A DNA stretch of 64,000 nucleotides from Gammaproteobacteria bacterium (GTDB lineage Bacteria; Pseudomonadota; Gammaproteobacteria; Eutrophobiales; Eutrophobiaceae): the NCBI GenBank assembly GCA_040905045.1, contig JBBDSH010000050.1, positions 7,698-71,697 of the forward strand, read 5' to 3'. A program made the position numbers and the translations under genes. Shown in pieces: positions 1 through 9,904 of the stretch. The stretch's first letter is position 1. Every line of letters begins with the position of its first letter. The notes under the pieces were generated by a model. It did no database searches and was not told the origin of the DNA. It was given only the letters and a program-made list of their open reading frames with translations.

Positions 1-17
1 GGGTATCTCGCATTCCT

Positions 18-785
18 GTGGCTGGGTATCGCAACTCTGGTTTACTATATTTCCGGAACAATGAAACAATCAACGAACGGGACTCATTCACCGACATGAA
101 CCACTCCAGGGTATACTTTTTTCTGTTGTTGATAACCTGGCTGGTTGCCGGCTGTAATCAAACCGGTGACAACAGTTACTTCCCGCTTTCGGACGGCCTG
201 TCCTGGGAATACCGCATTGACTTCCGAATCAAGGAAGAACCGAAAACCCAGAAACTGATTTTTTCAACCCGGCCTCCCATTGATCTGGACGGACAACGTT
301 ATCATTCCAGGGTCAGTCTCAGCGGCCCCCGTTATTTCTATCAGGAAACCGACGATGGCATCGTCCACGTGGATCCGGTCAGCGGCGATCGTTCCACAGT
401 GCTTGCCTATCCGATTAAAGAACGGCAAAGCTGGCAAAAAACCTCCCGCATCCGCATCCTGGAAGTCTCCGGCGCGTTCACGCCGACGTTCAAAGCCAGG
501 ATCGCGCAACCTATCACCATGGATTATGTCATCGAGGCCACCGGCGAGACCGTCAATGTAACGGCGGGCGAATTCGAAAACTGTATACGGGTCCACGGCA
601 AGGGCCGACTGTTCGCCGGCCGGACATTACAGGATTACATGGGAATCGACAGTATCTATATTGAACAGACGGAATGGTATGCGCCCGGGACCGGTCTTGT
701 AAAAAAGGTACGTACCGAGTATACCGAGCCCAATGAATTCAAAAACACCTACAGCCGGGAACTGCTGGCCTTTGTCCGGAATTGA
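18..785 (+). CDS. hypothetical lipoprotein
   Basis: N-terminal hydrophobic segment followed by a lipobox-like LVAGC; no recognisable catalytic motif. Confidence 0.4.
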   Translation: MAGYRNSGLLYFRNNETINERDSFTDMNHSRVYFFLLLITWLVAGCNQTGDNSYFPLSDGLSWEYRIDFRIKEEPKTQKLIFSTRPPIDLDGQRYHSRVSLSGPRYFYQETDDGIVHVDPVSGDRSTVLAYPIKERQSWQKTSRIRILEVSGAFTPTFKARIAQPITMDYVIEATGETVNVTAGEFENCIRVHGKGRLFAGRTLQDYMGIDSIYIEQTEWYAPGTGLVKKVRTEYTEPNEFKNTYSRELLAFVRN

Positions 786-815
786 ATCGATGTTTCGAGT
801 GATTGATCAATAAAT

Positions 816-1412
816 ATGTCGCAAGAAATAGTCACACTGCTGAAACTGCTGCTGATCGTCGCCGTCGGTATCGGCCTTTATATGCTCTCCCGCCGCGGCC
901 TGCAATCTCTGAACAAGCGCGAGTTGCTCTCGCTCATGGCGACCACGATCTATACGAGCCTCGTCAAATGGCTGCTGATCATCGTCGTGGTGTTGACGGG
1001 GCTGAACACCCTGGGCATTTCAGTCATCTCCATCTGGGCCAGCCTGTCCGCAGTCCTCATGCTGGTCGCCATCGGCTTCGTGGCGGTGTGGAGTATCCTC
1101 AGCAATGTCTCCGCCGCCCTGCTGCTGGTGATCTCCGCGCCGTTCCGCATCGGTGACGAGATCGAAATCCTGGAGCCAACGACACAGGACCCGGAAAAAC
1201 CCGGCCTGCGTGGACGCATCAAGGACATCTCCTTCTTCTACACCACCATGGAACAAGCCGGTGAAGATGAACAGCCCCGGCTGGTACGTGTGCCCAACAA
1301 CCTGTTTTTCCAGAAAGCCGTACGTTGCTGGCAGGGAGAAAACACCAAGGGATTGAAACAGGCGCTGTTTAGTTCCGCGAGTGAAAAGGATAAAGTTGAA
1401 TCCGCGCTTTGA
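816..1412 (+). CDS. small MscS-family mechanosensitive channel-like membrane protein
   Basis: Three predicted TM helices followed by a PFRIGDEIEI segment typical of the MscS beta domain. Confidence 0.45.
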   Translation: MSQEIVTLLKLLLIVAVGIGLYMLSRRGLQSLNKRELLSLMATTIYTSLVKWLLIIVVVLTGLNTLGISVISIWASLSAVLMLVAIGFVAVWSILSNVSAALLLVISAPFRIGDEIEILEPTTQDPEKPGLRGRIKDISFFYTTMEQAGEDEQPRLVRVPNNLFFQKAVRCWQGENTKGLKQALFSSASEKDKVESAL

Positions 1413-1738
1413 TTTCAGATGCTAATTTTTCATTAACCCATGAGGTTGCCGCGTGAGGTTCGGCGCCTGGAGAGAGTGAAAGGATTTCGGTATCTATGAC
1501 AGGGTATACTGGGTCTATGCAATAGCCTGCCACAACATTCCGATCATTCCCAGCATACCAATCGAGAATACCAGATTGAAACCGACCATCCATTTCAACA
1601 GCAACAAATCGGTTTTTACGGTTTCTATATCATCCTTGTAATCTGCAACCGTACTGGCAGCGGCCTGGCCTTGGCGTCACTGCTGCCGGACTCTTTGAGG
1701 GCGTCGTAATGTTCTGAGCCGGGGTGCCGCGGCGACGA

Positions 1739-2851
1739 TCAGGTCACGCGTGGATAGACGCCCTCCACCCCCTCGGGGGACAGCACCATCTGCCAGAGCT
1801 GCAGCTGGCGGGCGCGAAAGCTCGCCGCGTTCGTGAGCAGGAAGTAGCGCCACATTCGGTAGAAGCGGTCGCCGTACTGCTCGTGCAGGACCGGCCAGCC
1901 GGCCTCGAAGTTGGCGTGCCAGGCCATGAGCGTCCGGTCGTAGTCGGCGCCGAAGTTGTGCAGGTCCTCGAGCACGAACACCCCCTCGATCGCCTCGCCG
2001 ATACTGGCGACGGACGGGACCTGGGCGTTGGGGAAGATGTACTTGTTCGTCCACGGCTCACCGTAGGGCCGCGTCTTGCGCCGGCCGATGGTGTGCAGGA
2101 GGAACAGGCCGTCCGGCTTCAGGCAGCGCCGCGCCACCTCCATGTAGGTTCGGTAGTTCTTGTAGCCGACGTGCTCGAACATTCCGACGGAGACGACGTG
2201 ATCGAATTCCCCGTCGAGCTCGCGATAGTCCTTCACGATCGCCTTCACGGGCAGGTGGCCATAGCGCGCCTCGACGAGCTCGCCCTGCTCCTTCGAAACC
2301 GTGACTCCGAACACTTCCGCGCCGTACTTCTCGGCCGCGTAACCGGCGAAGCTGCCCCAGCCGCAACCGATATCGAGCACGCGTTGCCCCGGCTGCAGAT
2401 TGATCTTCCGGCAGATGAGATCCAGCTTCGCTTCCTGCGCCGCGTCCAGATCGTCGGCGCCGTGCCAGTAGCCGCAGGTGTAGGTCATGCGGCGGTCGAG
2501 CATCATCTCGAACAGATCGTTGCCCAGGTCGTAGTGCTGCTCGCCGACCTGGAAGGCACGTGGCAGGGACTGAAGATTGAACAGGCGCGCGGCGAGCACC
2601 GGCACGACGAGGGAGATGGGCCTGATGTGCCGCCGGATGTCCGCGCGCATCACCTTCGTGAGCATCACGTCGAGAGCCTCGCAGTCCCACCAGCCGTCCA
2701 TGTAGGCCTCGCCGAGCCCCAGCGTGGCGCGAGCGAAGACGCGGTCGAACACGCGCTCGTTGTGCACCTGCATGTCCCAGGGACGGTCCCCGTCGATGCG
2801 GATGTCGGCGTGCGCGAGCAGCTCTGCGAAACGTTTACGGGTGGTGGTCAT
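1739..2851 (-). CDS. cfa: cyclopropane-fatty-acyl-phospholipid synthase
   Basis: SAM-binding motif VLDIGCGWG and CFA-synthase-like N-terminus (RIDGDRPWDMQVHNERVF, GEAYMDGWWDC). Confidence 0.8.
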   Translation of the reverse strand: MTTTRKRFAELLAHADIRIDGDRPWDMQVHNERVFDRVFARATLGLGEAYMDGWWDCEALDVMLTKVMRADIRRHIRPISLVVPVLAARLFNLQSLPRAFQVGEQHYDLGNDLFEMMLDRRMTYTCGYWHGADDLDAAQEAKLDLICRKINLQPGQRVLDIGCGWGSFAGYAAEKYGAEVFGVTVSKEQGELVEARYGHLPVKAIVKDYRELDGEFDHVVSVGMFEHVGYKNYRTYMEVARRCLKPDGLFLLHTIGRRKTRPYGEPWTNKYIFPNAQVPSVASIGEAIEGVFVLEDLHNFGADYDRTLMAWHANFEAGWPVLHEQYGDRFYRMWRYFLLTNAASFRARQLQLWQMVLSPEGVEGVYPRVT

Positions 2852-2939
2852 CGGCGATCTCCCCGGACAGGATGTCTACGATTCAGCTACGCAATGAATC
2901 GGAAAGAAGTGTTAACGCTTCGTAAGTTGTTGGAAAGAA

Positions 2940-3015
2940 TGGTGGGCCGTGCAGGGATCGAACCTGCGACCACCTGATTAAAAGTCAGATGCTCTACCGA
3001 CTGAGCTAACGGCCC
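2940..3015 (-). tRNA. tRNA-Lys (anticodon UUU)
   Basis: The reverse complement folds as a cloverleaf (GGGCCGTTAGCTCAGTCGGTAGAGCATCTGACTTTTAATCAGGTGGTCGCAGGTTCGATCCCTGCACGGCCCACCA). The anticodon loop is CTTTTAA and the CCA end is encoded. Confidence 0.9.
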
Positions 3016-3285
3016 TATAGCAAGTTGAAAGTGTAAAGTTGAAAGTAAAAAGTGACGGCATGAACCTGATCACGTGCCCGCGGGCGGCACGGCGCCTCCT
3101 GCCGTTCCTTTCCACTTTTCACTTTCTACTTTTCACTGACTCTCGGAGAGGGGGCGATAATACCCGAGTTTGCCCGGCGGATAAACCGGGCCGGAACCGA
3201 ATCAAGGCTATTTGTCCTGTTTCACTTGATTTTCCCGGCCCCTGCCCCTATTTTCACCGGGTCTTTAACTTTCGAGGAAACAACG

Positions 3286-3630
3286 GTGCCGATATATGAG
3301 TATCAGTGCGACTCCTGCGGTCATCATCTGGAGACCCTGCAGAAGATCAGCGACCCCCTTCTGAAGACCTGTCCCGAGTGCGGGCAGGACAGTCTGCGCA
3401 AGCGGGTTTCCGCCGCGGCTTTCCGGCTCAAGGGCGGCGGCTGGTACGAGACCGATTTCAAGGACAAGAAAGCACGCAAGAACGTTGCCGGTGGCGAGGA
3501 CACCTCCGCACCGGCCGATAAGGACACTAAGTCGGCGAAAAAGGAGGAAACAGCCAAATCCGACAGCAAAAGCACCGATTCCGGCTCCGCAAATAAATCC
3601 ACCGGCACCGGCAAAACCGCCGCCGGATAA
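3286..3630 (+). CDS. FmdB-family zinc-ribbon regulatory protein
   Basis: YEYQCDSCGHH...CPECG CxxC pairs, start at GTG 3286 (MPIYEY), with an acidic/lysine-rich tail; the track ORF 3226..3630 carries an improbable N-terminal extension. Confidence 0.65.
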   Translation: MPIYEYQCDSCGHHLETLQKISDPLLKTCPECGQDSLRKRVSAAAFRLKGGGWYETDFKDKKARKNVAGGEDTSAPADKDTKSAKKEETAKSDSKSTDSGSANKSTGTGKTAAG

Positions 3631-3685
3631 TCTTCGGGTGTACCGCGCTCTGGGCAAGCACCTGTAAATCCGGCATGCTGTCCGG

Positions 3686-4342
3686 ATGATGACAACCCTG
3701 CGCAAATACCTCATCGCCGGCCTGCTGGTGTGGCTGCCTCTGGCGGCGACCGTCTTTATTATCCGCATGGTCATCGGCCTTCTGGACAGGACCATGCTGC
3801 TGCTGCCGCCGGAATACCGGCCGGAAGCCCTGATCGGATTTTCCATTCCCGGCATGGGCCTGGTCCTGTCGATAATCATCCTTATCGTCACCGGGATGCT
3901 CGCGGCCAATCTCATCGGCCGTCGCCTGGTGGAAAGCTGGGAAAGCATTCTCGGACGCATTCCACTTGTCCGCAGTATCTATAACGCTTTCAAGCAGATC
4001 TCCTCGACGCTGCTGGATTCCACCGGCAAATCCTTCCGAAAGGTGGTTCTGGTGGAGTATCCGAAAGAGGGGATCTGGAGCCTGGGTTTTCTGACCAATG
4101 AACATGTCGAGGTGGATACGGCGGCCTTAACGGGCAATATGACCGCCGTATTCATCCCGACGACGCCCAATCCCACTTCCGGCTTTCTGGTGATCATGGC
4201 AAAAGACACCATCCAGGAGCTGGATATGTCCGTCGAAGAGGGATTCAAATTCATCATTTCGGTCGGGGTGATTATCCCGGACGAACACATAAAAGCCCTG
4301 CAAAACTCCGGGAAAGTTGCGCAATCCACGGCCGGCTCGTAA
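3686..4342 (+). CDS. DUF502-family membrane protein
   Basis: N-terminal TM helices and a conserved position directly upstream of aspS, as in many gammaproteobacteria. Confidence 0.6.
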   Translation: MMTTLRKYLIAGLLVWLPLAATVFIIRMVIGLLDRTMLLLPPEYRPEALIGFSIPGMGLVLSIIILIVTGMLAANLIGRRLVESWESILGRIPLVRSIYNAFKQISSTLLDSTGKSFRKVVLVEYPKEGIWSLGFLTNEHVEVDTAALTGNMTAVFIPTTPNPTSGFLVIMAKDTIQELDMSVEEGFKFIISVGVIIPDEHIKALQNSGKVAQSTAGS

Positions 4343-4378
4343 GATGCCCGCTTTTTACGAAACGGAATCAGGCAAACC

Positions 4379-6160
4379 ATGCGCAGCCATTATTGCGGAC
4401 AACTGAATACATCCCTCATTGACGATGAAGTCGAGCTCTGCGGCTGGGTGCACCGGCGGCGGGATCACGGCGGCGTTATTTTTATCGACCTGCGCGACCG
4501 GGAAGGCCTGGCGCAGATTGTTTTCGATCCGGATCGCCCGGATCCCTTTGCCGTCGCCGACAGCGTCCGCAATGAATTCGTCATCCGTATCCGCGGGCGC
4601 GTCCGCCACCGGCCCGAAGGCACCGTCAATGCGGACCTGCCCACCGGCGAGGTCGAGGTCCTGGGTTACGAAATCGAGATCCTCAACCGCGCCAAGACGC
4701 CGCCTTTCCAGCTTGACGACGAGCACGTCCATGACGATAACCGCCTGCGCTATCGTTACGTGGATCTGCGCCGGCCCGCCATGCAGTCCAATATCCGGCT
4801 GCGCAGCCGCGTGGCCCGCTTCTTCCGCGATTTTCTTGATGAACGCGGCTTTCTCGAGATTGAAACACCCATGCTGACCCGGGCCACGCCGGAAGGCGCC
4901 CGCGATTACCTGGTGCCGAGCCGTACCCACAGCGGTCAATTCTTCGCCCTGCCGCAGTCGCCGCAACTGTTCAAGCAGCTGTTGATGATGTCCGGCATGG
5001 ACCGTTATTACCAGATCGTCCGCTGCTTCCGCGACGAAGACCTGCGCGCCGATCGACAGCCGGAATTCACCCAGCTGGATATCGAGACTTCTTTCATGGA
5101 TGAGGCGGAAATCACCGGCATCATGGAGGAAATGATGCGGCAATTGTTCCGGGAAGTTCTGGACGTTCAACTGCCGGACCCTTTCCCGCGCATGAGCTAT
5201 GCCGAGGCCATGCAGCGCTACGGATCGGACCGCCCGGATCTGCGCAACCCACTGGAGCTGGTGGATGTCAGCGATCTCATGACAGAAGTGGAATTCAAGG
5301 TTTTCTCCGGCCCCGCCAATATGCCCGACGGCCGGGTCGCGGCCCTGTGCCTGCCGGGCGGCGGCAAACTGACACGCAAGGAAATCGACGACTATACCGA
5401 CTTCGTCGGCCGCTATGGCGCCAGGGGACTGGCCTATATCAAGATCAATGACATCGGCAAGGGACGGGACGGCCTGCAGTCGCCGATCCTGAAATTCCTG
5501 CCGGACGAGGCCGTCAACAGTATCCTGGAACGCACCGGCGCCGAAAACGGCGATCTGATCTTCTTCGGTGCTGACAAGGCACGGATCGTCAATGACGCCA
5601 TCGGCGCCTTGCGCAACCGTCTGGCCGCGGATCTGGAACTTTATACCGGCGACTGGATGCCGGTCTGGATCGAGGACTTCCCGCTGTTTGAATATAACGA
5701 CGACGAAAAACGCTGGGATCCGCTGCATCATCCTTTCACCGCCCCCCGCGCCGCTGATCCGGCCGAGGTCCGGAAAGAGCCCGGCGGCGCCCTGTCCCGC
5801 GCCTATGACCTGGTCCTTAACGGCCTGGAACTGGGCGGCGGCTCCATCCGTATCCACGATCCCGATATGCAGCTGGCCATGCTGGACCTGCTGGGCATCG
5901 ATCATAATCATGCCCGGGAACGGTTTGGCTTTCTCATCGACGCCCTGGAATACGGTTGTCCGCCCCACGGCGGCATCGCCTTCGGACTGGATCGCATTGT
6001 CATGCTCATGGCCGGCGTCCATTCCATCCGCGATGTCATCGCCTTCCCCAAGACCCAGACCGCCGCCTGCCTGCTGACGGACGCCCCCTCCGACGCGAGC
6101 GAGCAGCAGTTGAAGGAACTGGGGATCCGCCTGGCCAAGGGAGTGAGGAGTAAGGAGTGA
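4379..6160 (+). CDS. aspS: aspartate--tRNA ligase
   Basis: Class II aaRS motifs ([36 protein letters not shown]) over a 593-aa length typical for bacterial AspRS. Confidence 0.95.
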   Translation: MRSHYCGQLNTSLIDDEVELCGWVHRRRDHGGVIFIDLRDREGLAQIVFDPDRPDPFAVADSVRNEFVIRIRGRVRHRPEGTVNADLPTGEVEVLGYEIEILNRAKTPPFQLDDEHVHDDNRLRYRYVDLRRPAMQSNIRLRSRVARFFRDFLDERGFLEIETPMLTRATPEGARDYLVPSRTHSGQFFALPQSPQLFKQLLMMSGMDRYYQIVRCFRDEDLRADRQPEFTQLDIETSFMDEAEITGIMEEMMRQLFREVLDVQLPDPFPRMSYAEAMQRYGSDRPDLRNPLELVDVSDLMTEVEFKVFSGPANMPDGRVAALCLPGGGKLTRKEIDDYTDFVGRYGARGLAYIKINDIGKGRDGLQSPILKFLPDEAVNSILERTGAENGDLIFFGADKARIVNDAIGALRNRLAADLELYTGDWMPVWIEDFPLFEYNDDEKRWDPLHHPFTAPRAADPAEVRKEPGGALSRAYDLVLNGLELGGGSIRIHDPDMQLAMLDLLGIDHNHARERFGFLIDALEYGCPPHGGIAFGLDRIVMLMAGVHSIRDVIAFPKTQTAACLLTDAPSDASEQQLKELGIRLAKGVRSKE

Positions 6161-6235
6161 GGCGTGAGGAGTAGATTCTGAGGCTCCCGGATTTTAGGCG
6201 GCAAACCCCTCACGCTGTTCCTCCTCACCCCTTAC
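6140..6235. repeat. REP-like imperfect palindrome (GTGAGGAGTAAGGAG repeats / CCTCAC complement)
   Basis: The purine-rich half gagtgaggagtaaggagtgaggcgtgaggag is followed by the pyrimidine-rich complement cctcacgctgttcctcctcaccccttactgcc. It overlaps the aspS stop, and a second copy lies at 9905..9986. Confidence 0.5.
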
Positions 6236-6252
6236 TGCCAAAGCGCTTGATT

Positions 6253-6294
6253 TAGTGTCACTAAGACACTATACTTAGTGTAGTTAAGACACTA
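6253..6294 (+). promoter_or_regulatory. two tandem 19-bp palindromic operator candidates upstream of and overlapping the nrtR start
   Basis: TAGTGTCACTAAGACACTA at 6253..6271 and TAGTGTAGTTAAGACACTA at 6276..6294 are each perfect 7-bp inverted arms around a 5-bp centre. The second box overlaps the ATG at 6294. Confidence 0.45.
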
Positions 6295-6971
6295 TGCGTG
6301 CGGCCATGTACACCTACGAACACCCCCATCCCGCCGTCACCACGGACGTGGTCATCTTCACCATCCACGAGGACGACCTGCGGGTCCTCCTGATACGGCG
6401 CGCCAACGACCCCTTCAAGGACTGCTGGAGCCTGCCGGGCGGTTTCCTGGAGATTGACGAGGATCTGGAAACCTGCGCCCTGCGTGAACTGCGGGAGGAA
6501 ACCGGGATCACCGGCGTGTACCTGGAGCAGCTGTATACCTTCGGCAAGCCCGATCGCGACCCCCGCGAGAGGGTGATCTCCGTCGCCTATTACGCCCTGG
6601 CACCCATGGATCGCCTGCAGGTCCGGGCCGCCAGTGACGCCGCCGCGGCGGACTGGTTTTCCGTTCACGATCTGCCGCAGCCGGCCTTCGATCACCGCCA
6701 GATCATCAAACTGGCCCACCGGCGCCTGGCCTCGAAACTGCATTATTCCACTATCGCCATGCAGTTCATGCCGGAACAGTTCACCCTCGGCGAACTGCAG
6801 AATGTCTATGAAATCATACTCGGTGAGGCGCTGGACAAGCGCAATTTCCGTAAGCGAGTGCTCGCTTACGATTGCCTGCTGGACACCGGCGAGATGCGTC
6901 GCGACGGCAAACACCGCCCGGCACGACTGTACACCTTGAAATTCCCCGGCAAGGTGCAGATTATCAAGTAA
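6294..6971 (+). CDS. nrtR: Nudix hydrolase-domain transcriptional regulator (NrtR-like)
   Basis: Nudix box [24 protein letters not shown], a short C-terminal winged-helix-like tail ([35 protein letters not shown]) and a position directly upstream of nadA. Confidence 0.55.
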   Translation: MRAAMYTYEHPHPAVTTDVVIFTIHEDDLRVLLIRRANDPFKDCWSLPGGFLEIDEDLETCALRELREETGITGVYLEQLYTFGKPDRDPRERVISVAYYALAPMDRLQVRAASDAAAADWFSVHDLPQPAFDHRQIIKLAHRRLASKLHYSTIAMQFMPEQFTLGELQNVYEIILGEALDKRNFRKRVLAYDCLLDTGEMRRDGKHRPARLYTLKFPGKVQIIK

Positions 6972-6990
6972 TGGGGAAGGAGGAATTGTT

Positions 6991-8064
6991 ATGAGTACGC
7001 TCAATCCGACAATCGAAACGCGGGATTATCGCCTGCCGCCTGACCAGGTGCCGGAAACGGTGGTCGAGACCCTGCCCGAGGAAGAACGGCAGGAACTCAA
7101 GGAACGCATCAAACGCCTGCTCAAGGAGCAGAATGCGGTCATTATCGCCCACTATTACGTCGACGCCGACCTGCAATTGCTGGCCGACGAAACCGGCGGC
7201 CACGTTTCCGATTCCCTGGATATGGCACGTTACGGCCACGACGCCCCGCAACAGACCCTGGTGGTCTGCGGCGTGCGCTTCATGGGCGAGACCGCCAAGA
7301 TCCTGAACCCGGAAAAGAAGGTCATCATGCCGGACCTGGAGGCGGAATGTTCCCTGGATCTGGGCTGCCCGCCGGACGAGTTCGCGGCTTTCTGTGACGC
7401 CCATCCGGATCGCACGGTGGTGGTGTACGCCAATACCAGCGCCGCCGTGAAAGCGCGCGCCGACTGGATGGTCACCTCCGGCAGCGCCGTCGACGTGGTC
7501 AACCATCTGAAGGAAAAAGGCGAGAAGATCATCTGGGCACCGGACAAGTACCTGGGCGAATACGTGCAGGAACAGACCGGCGCCGACATGCTCATCTGGC
7601 AGGGTGCCTGTGTCGTACACGAAGAATTCAAGGGCATCGAGCTGGAACTGCTGCGCCGCGATCATCCGGACGCCAAGGTACTGGTGCATCCGGAATCACC
7701 CGAGTCGGTGATCAAGCAGGCCGATGTGGTCGCTTCCACCACAGGCATCATAAAGGCGGTCAAGGAGATGGATGCAAAGGAATTCATTGTCGCCACCGAC
7801 AAGGGTATCTTCCACAAGATGCAGGAGGCGGCGCCGGACAAGGTCTTTATCGAGGCGCCCACCGCCGGCAAAAGCGCTACCTGCAAGAGCTGCGCCCATT
7901 GTCCCTGGATGGCCATGAACAGCCTGCGCAAACTCGCGGACGTGCTGGAGTCGGGCGGCAACGAGATCCATGTGGATCCGGAGATCGGCGAAAAGGCACG
8001 AGCGTGCATCAAGCGGTTGCTGGATTTCACCGAGGATCAGAAGAAACTGGCCGGAGATGCATAA
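6991..8064 (+). CDS. nadA: quinolinate synthase
   Basis: Typical NadA length and motifs ([32 protein letters not shown], cysteine ligands for the FeS cluster). Confidence 0.9.
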   Translation: MSTLNPTIETRDYRLPPDQVPETVVETLPEEERQELKERIKRLLKEQNAVIIAHYYVDADLQLLADETGGHVSDSLDMARYGHDAPQQTLVVCGVRFMGETAKILNPEKKVIMPDLEAECSLDLGCPPDEFAAFCDAHPDRTVVVYANTSAAVKARADWMVTSGSAVDVVNHLKEKGEKIIWAPDKYLGEYVQEQTGADMLIWQGACVVHEEFKGIELELLRRDHPDAKVLVHPESPESVIKQADVVASTTGIIKAVKEMDAKEFIVATDKGIFHKMQEAAPDKVFIEAPTAGKSATCKSCAHCPWMAMNSLRKLADVLESGGNEIHVDPEIGEKARACIKRLLDFTEDQKKLAGDA

Positions 8065-8067
8065 CAG

Positions 8068-8098
8068 CAGTCACAAGTTATAAGTAACAAGTCACAAG
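8068..8098. repeat. left arm of an imperfect inverted repeat flanking the hydrolase cassette
   Basis: agtcacaagttataagtaacaagtcacaagg is an imperfect inverted complement of 8977..9006 (ccttgtgacttataacttgtgacttgtaac), built from shared CAAGTCACAAG and TTATAAGT modules. Confidence 0.5.
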
Positions 8099-8104
8099 GA
8101 AACA

Positions 8105-8740
8105 ATGGCAGTGGCTACTGAAACCGTAATGCTGGTGCATGGTTTATGGATGAACGGCATGGACATGCTGTTACTGCGGTGGCGGCTGCGACAGGCCGGT
8201 TACCGGGTTCGGCGGTTTTCCTACCGCAGTCTCGCCAACACGCCGCGCGAGAATGCCCGGGCACTGCAGGCGCAAATCGCGTCTCTTGACGATCCCGTCA
8301 TGCATTTTGTCTGCCACAGCCTGGGTGGCCTGGTCATCCGGCATCTGTTTGACGAATTCCCGCACCAGCGGCCGGGTCGAATCGTCACACTCGGTACGCC
8401 GCACCGGCCCAGTCACGCCGCACAGCAGCTCTATCGTTTCACGCCGGGCCGCGTTCTGCTCGGCAACAGTATCAGCGACGGACTTCTGGGAAGTGTCCCG
8501 GACTGGAGCGGCAGTCATGATCTGGGCAGTATCGCCGGCGATCTGCAACTGGGCATGGGCCTTTTTATTCCGGGCATCCCGAAACCCAACGACGGCGCCG
8601 TTGCCGTCGCCGAGACGAAGCTGGAAGGCATGCGCGATCATGCCGTCATACATGCCTCGCACTTCGGTCTGCTGTTGTCCCGGGAAGCGGAGAACCACAT
8701 TGAAAGCTTCCTGGTAACGGGTTCCTTCCGCAAGGATTGA
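8105..8740 (+). CDS. alpha/beta-hydrolase fold protein (lipase/esterase-like)
   Basis: Nucleophile elbow CHSLGG, a MLVHGLWMNG oxyanion region and a 211-aa length. Confidence 0.6.
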   Translation: MAVATETVMLVHGLWMNGMDMLLLRWRLRQAGYRVRRFSYRSLANTPRENARALQAQIASLDDPVMHFVCHSLGGLVIRHLFDEFPHQRPGRIVTLGTPHRPSHAAQQLYRFTPGRVLLGNSISDGLLGSVPDWSGSHDLGSIAGDLQLGMGLFIPGIPKPNDGAVAVAETKLEGMRDHAVIHASHFGLLLSREAENHIESFLVTGSFRKD

Positions 8741-8818
8741 ACGAAGATCGATCTCGCAGAGACCGCAGGGATCGCGGAGTAATACGTACAAGTCTTTATC
8801 TCTGCGCACCCTGCGGGC

Positions 8819-8954
8819 TAAATAAGTGTTCCGAATTCGTGTTCAATCCAGGGACATAACGCGGACACGCGGTAAATACCTCCTTGTAGCTCGAATGCGG
8901 CCTCCCTGCCGCATACGGTCCGCTTATATGTCCCTGGATTGAACACGAATTCGA
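8819..8954. mobile_element. MITE-like element, ~136 bp, with ~30-bp terminal inverted repeats
   Basis: taaataagtgttccgaattcgtgttcaatccagggacata ... tatgtccctggattgaacacgaattcgaa. The first 20 bp (CTAAATAAGTGTTCCGAATTC) are shared with the MITEs at 16441, 54948 and 59735. Confidence 0.6.
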
Positions 8955-8976
8955 AACGACTGTATAGAGCAACATC

Positions 8977-9006
8977 CTTGTGACTTATAACTTGTGACTT
9001 GTAACT
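8977..9006. repeat. right arm of the imperfect inverted repeat flanking the hydrolase cassette
   Basis: See 8068..8098; this arm overlaps the stop codon of the GGCT-like gene. Confidence 0.5.
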
Positions 9007-9397
9007 ATCTCCGTAAGTAACGGCGCAGATACTTCTTCCGGAATTCCTCCTCGCTCCACGGTTTGTCGCTGAGCAGATAGTGCAGGGACTCGACGAGAAG
9101 GTAGCCGAAGGCGTCCAGTTCCGTACCGTCCTCGAGTACCGGACGGACCGTTACGCGGCGGTAGTATTCCCCCTCAAACGCATCGATGCGCGCCAGGGCG
9201 GCATCATCGATATGGTAATAGACCTTGCCGCCGGTCCACGAATCGCCCGTATGGATCATGCCGGGATAAACGTGTCCGCGAATGAGGAAACTGCGGTAGC
9301 CCATCAGCGCGGCATCGTCCGAAGCGAATCCTTTACCGGCTACCTTTTCCATTACCTCCGGCAGACATAACGTGCCATACGTAAACAAGCGCATCAC
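9005..9397 (-). CDS. gamma-glutamyl cyclotransferase-like (AIG2/GGCT fold) protein
   Basis: N-terminal YGTL motif (MMRLFTYGTLCLPE) and a ~130-aa length. Confidence 0.55.
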   Translation of the reverse strand: MMRLFTYGTLCLPEVMEKVAGKGFASDDAALMGYRSFLIRGHVYPGMIHTGDSWTGGKVYYHIDDAALARIDAFEGEYYRRVTVRPVLEDGTELDAFGYLLVESLHYLLSDKPWSEEEFRKKYLRRYLRR

Positions 9398-9404
9398 CGG
9401 ACTC

Positions 9405-9830
9405 TTAATCGAATATCAGCGATTCCCGTCCGCCGCGCCGCCGCAGCCAGTTCACGGCTCGAAGTATCGGCCGGCGCAGTACCAGCCAGCGTTCAAGGCG
9501 ATACTTGCCGGGAAAATTCAACAATACCAGGCCGATTAAAATGGTCAGCAACCCCTGTCCCGGCAGCACCAGCATGGCGATGCCCATAACGACAAGGATA
9601 GCGCCGAACAGATTCTTGGCGATCAAGAGTATCCAGCGAATGGCGGGATGTTGATCGCTCCACGGAGCGGGTTGACGTTTCTCCGGGGCAAAATAATCGG
9701 TCGGAATGCGCACGATCAGCCAGGGGACGACGATCAACGTCCCGATGAATGTAATCAGCGAAATGACGCCCAGAAGCAATAAGGTCGATTCGCTGACATG
9801 CAGCAGTTCTGGAAGTGGAATATCCGGCAC
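9405..9830 (-). CDS. PGPGW-family small transmembrane protein
   Basis: Several TM helices and an LPGQGLLTILIGLVLLNFPGKYRL motif resembling the PGPGW family. Confidence 0.4.
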   Translation of the reverse strand: MPDIPLPELLHVSESTLLLLGVISLITFIGTLIVVPWLIVRIPTDYFAPEKRQPAPWSDQHPAIRWILLIAKNLFGAILVVMGIAMLVLPGQGLLTILIGLVLLNFPGKYRLERWLVLRRPILRAVNWLRRRGGRESLIFD

Positions 9831-9904
9831 GGTGGATCCTGATTAAGATTCGGAACAACATTATGTTTGTATATTATAAACGATTATAATCGGCAGGACC
9901 CATA

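Noticed and set aside
1724-2977. 417-aa ORF on the plus strand (plus several overlapping ORFs at 1677..2690)
   Set aside because: It is antisense to the recognisable cfa methyltransferase gene and is a spurious GC-rich frame.
3039-3299. 86-aa ORF upstream of the fmdB-like gene
   Set aside because: It lies over the long palindromic repeat region and the fmdB promoter, and there is no coding signal.
4355-6022. 555-aa ORF on the minus strand
   Set aside because: It is antisense to aspS, whose class II aaRS motifs are unambiguous; long shadow ORFs are expected at ~62% GC.
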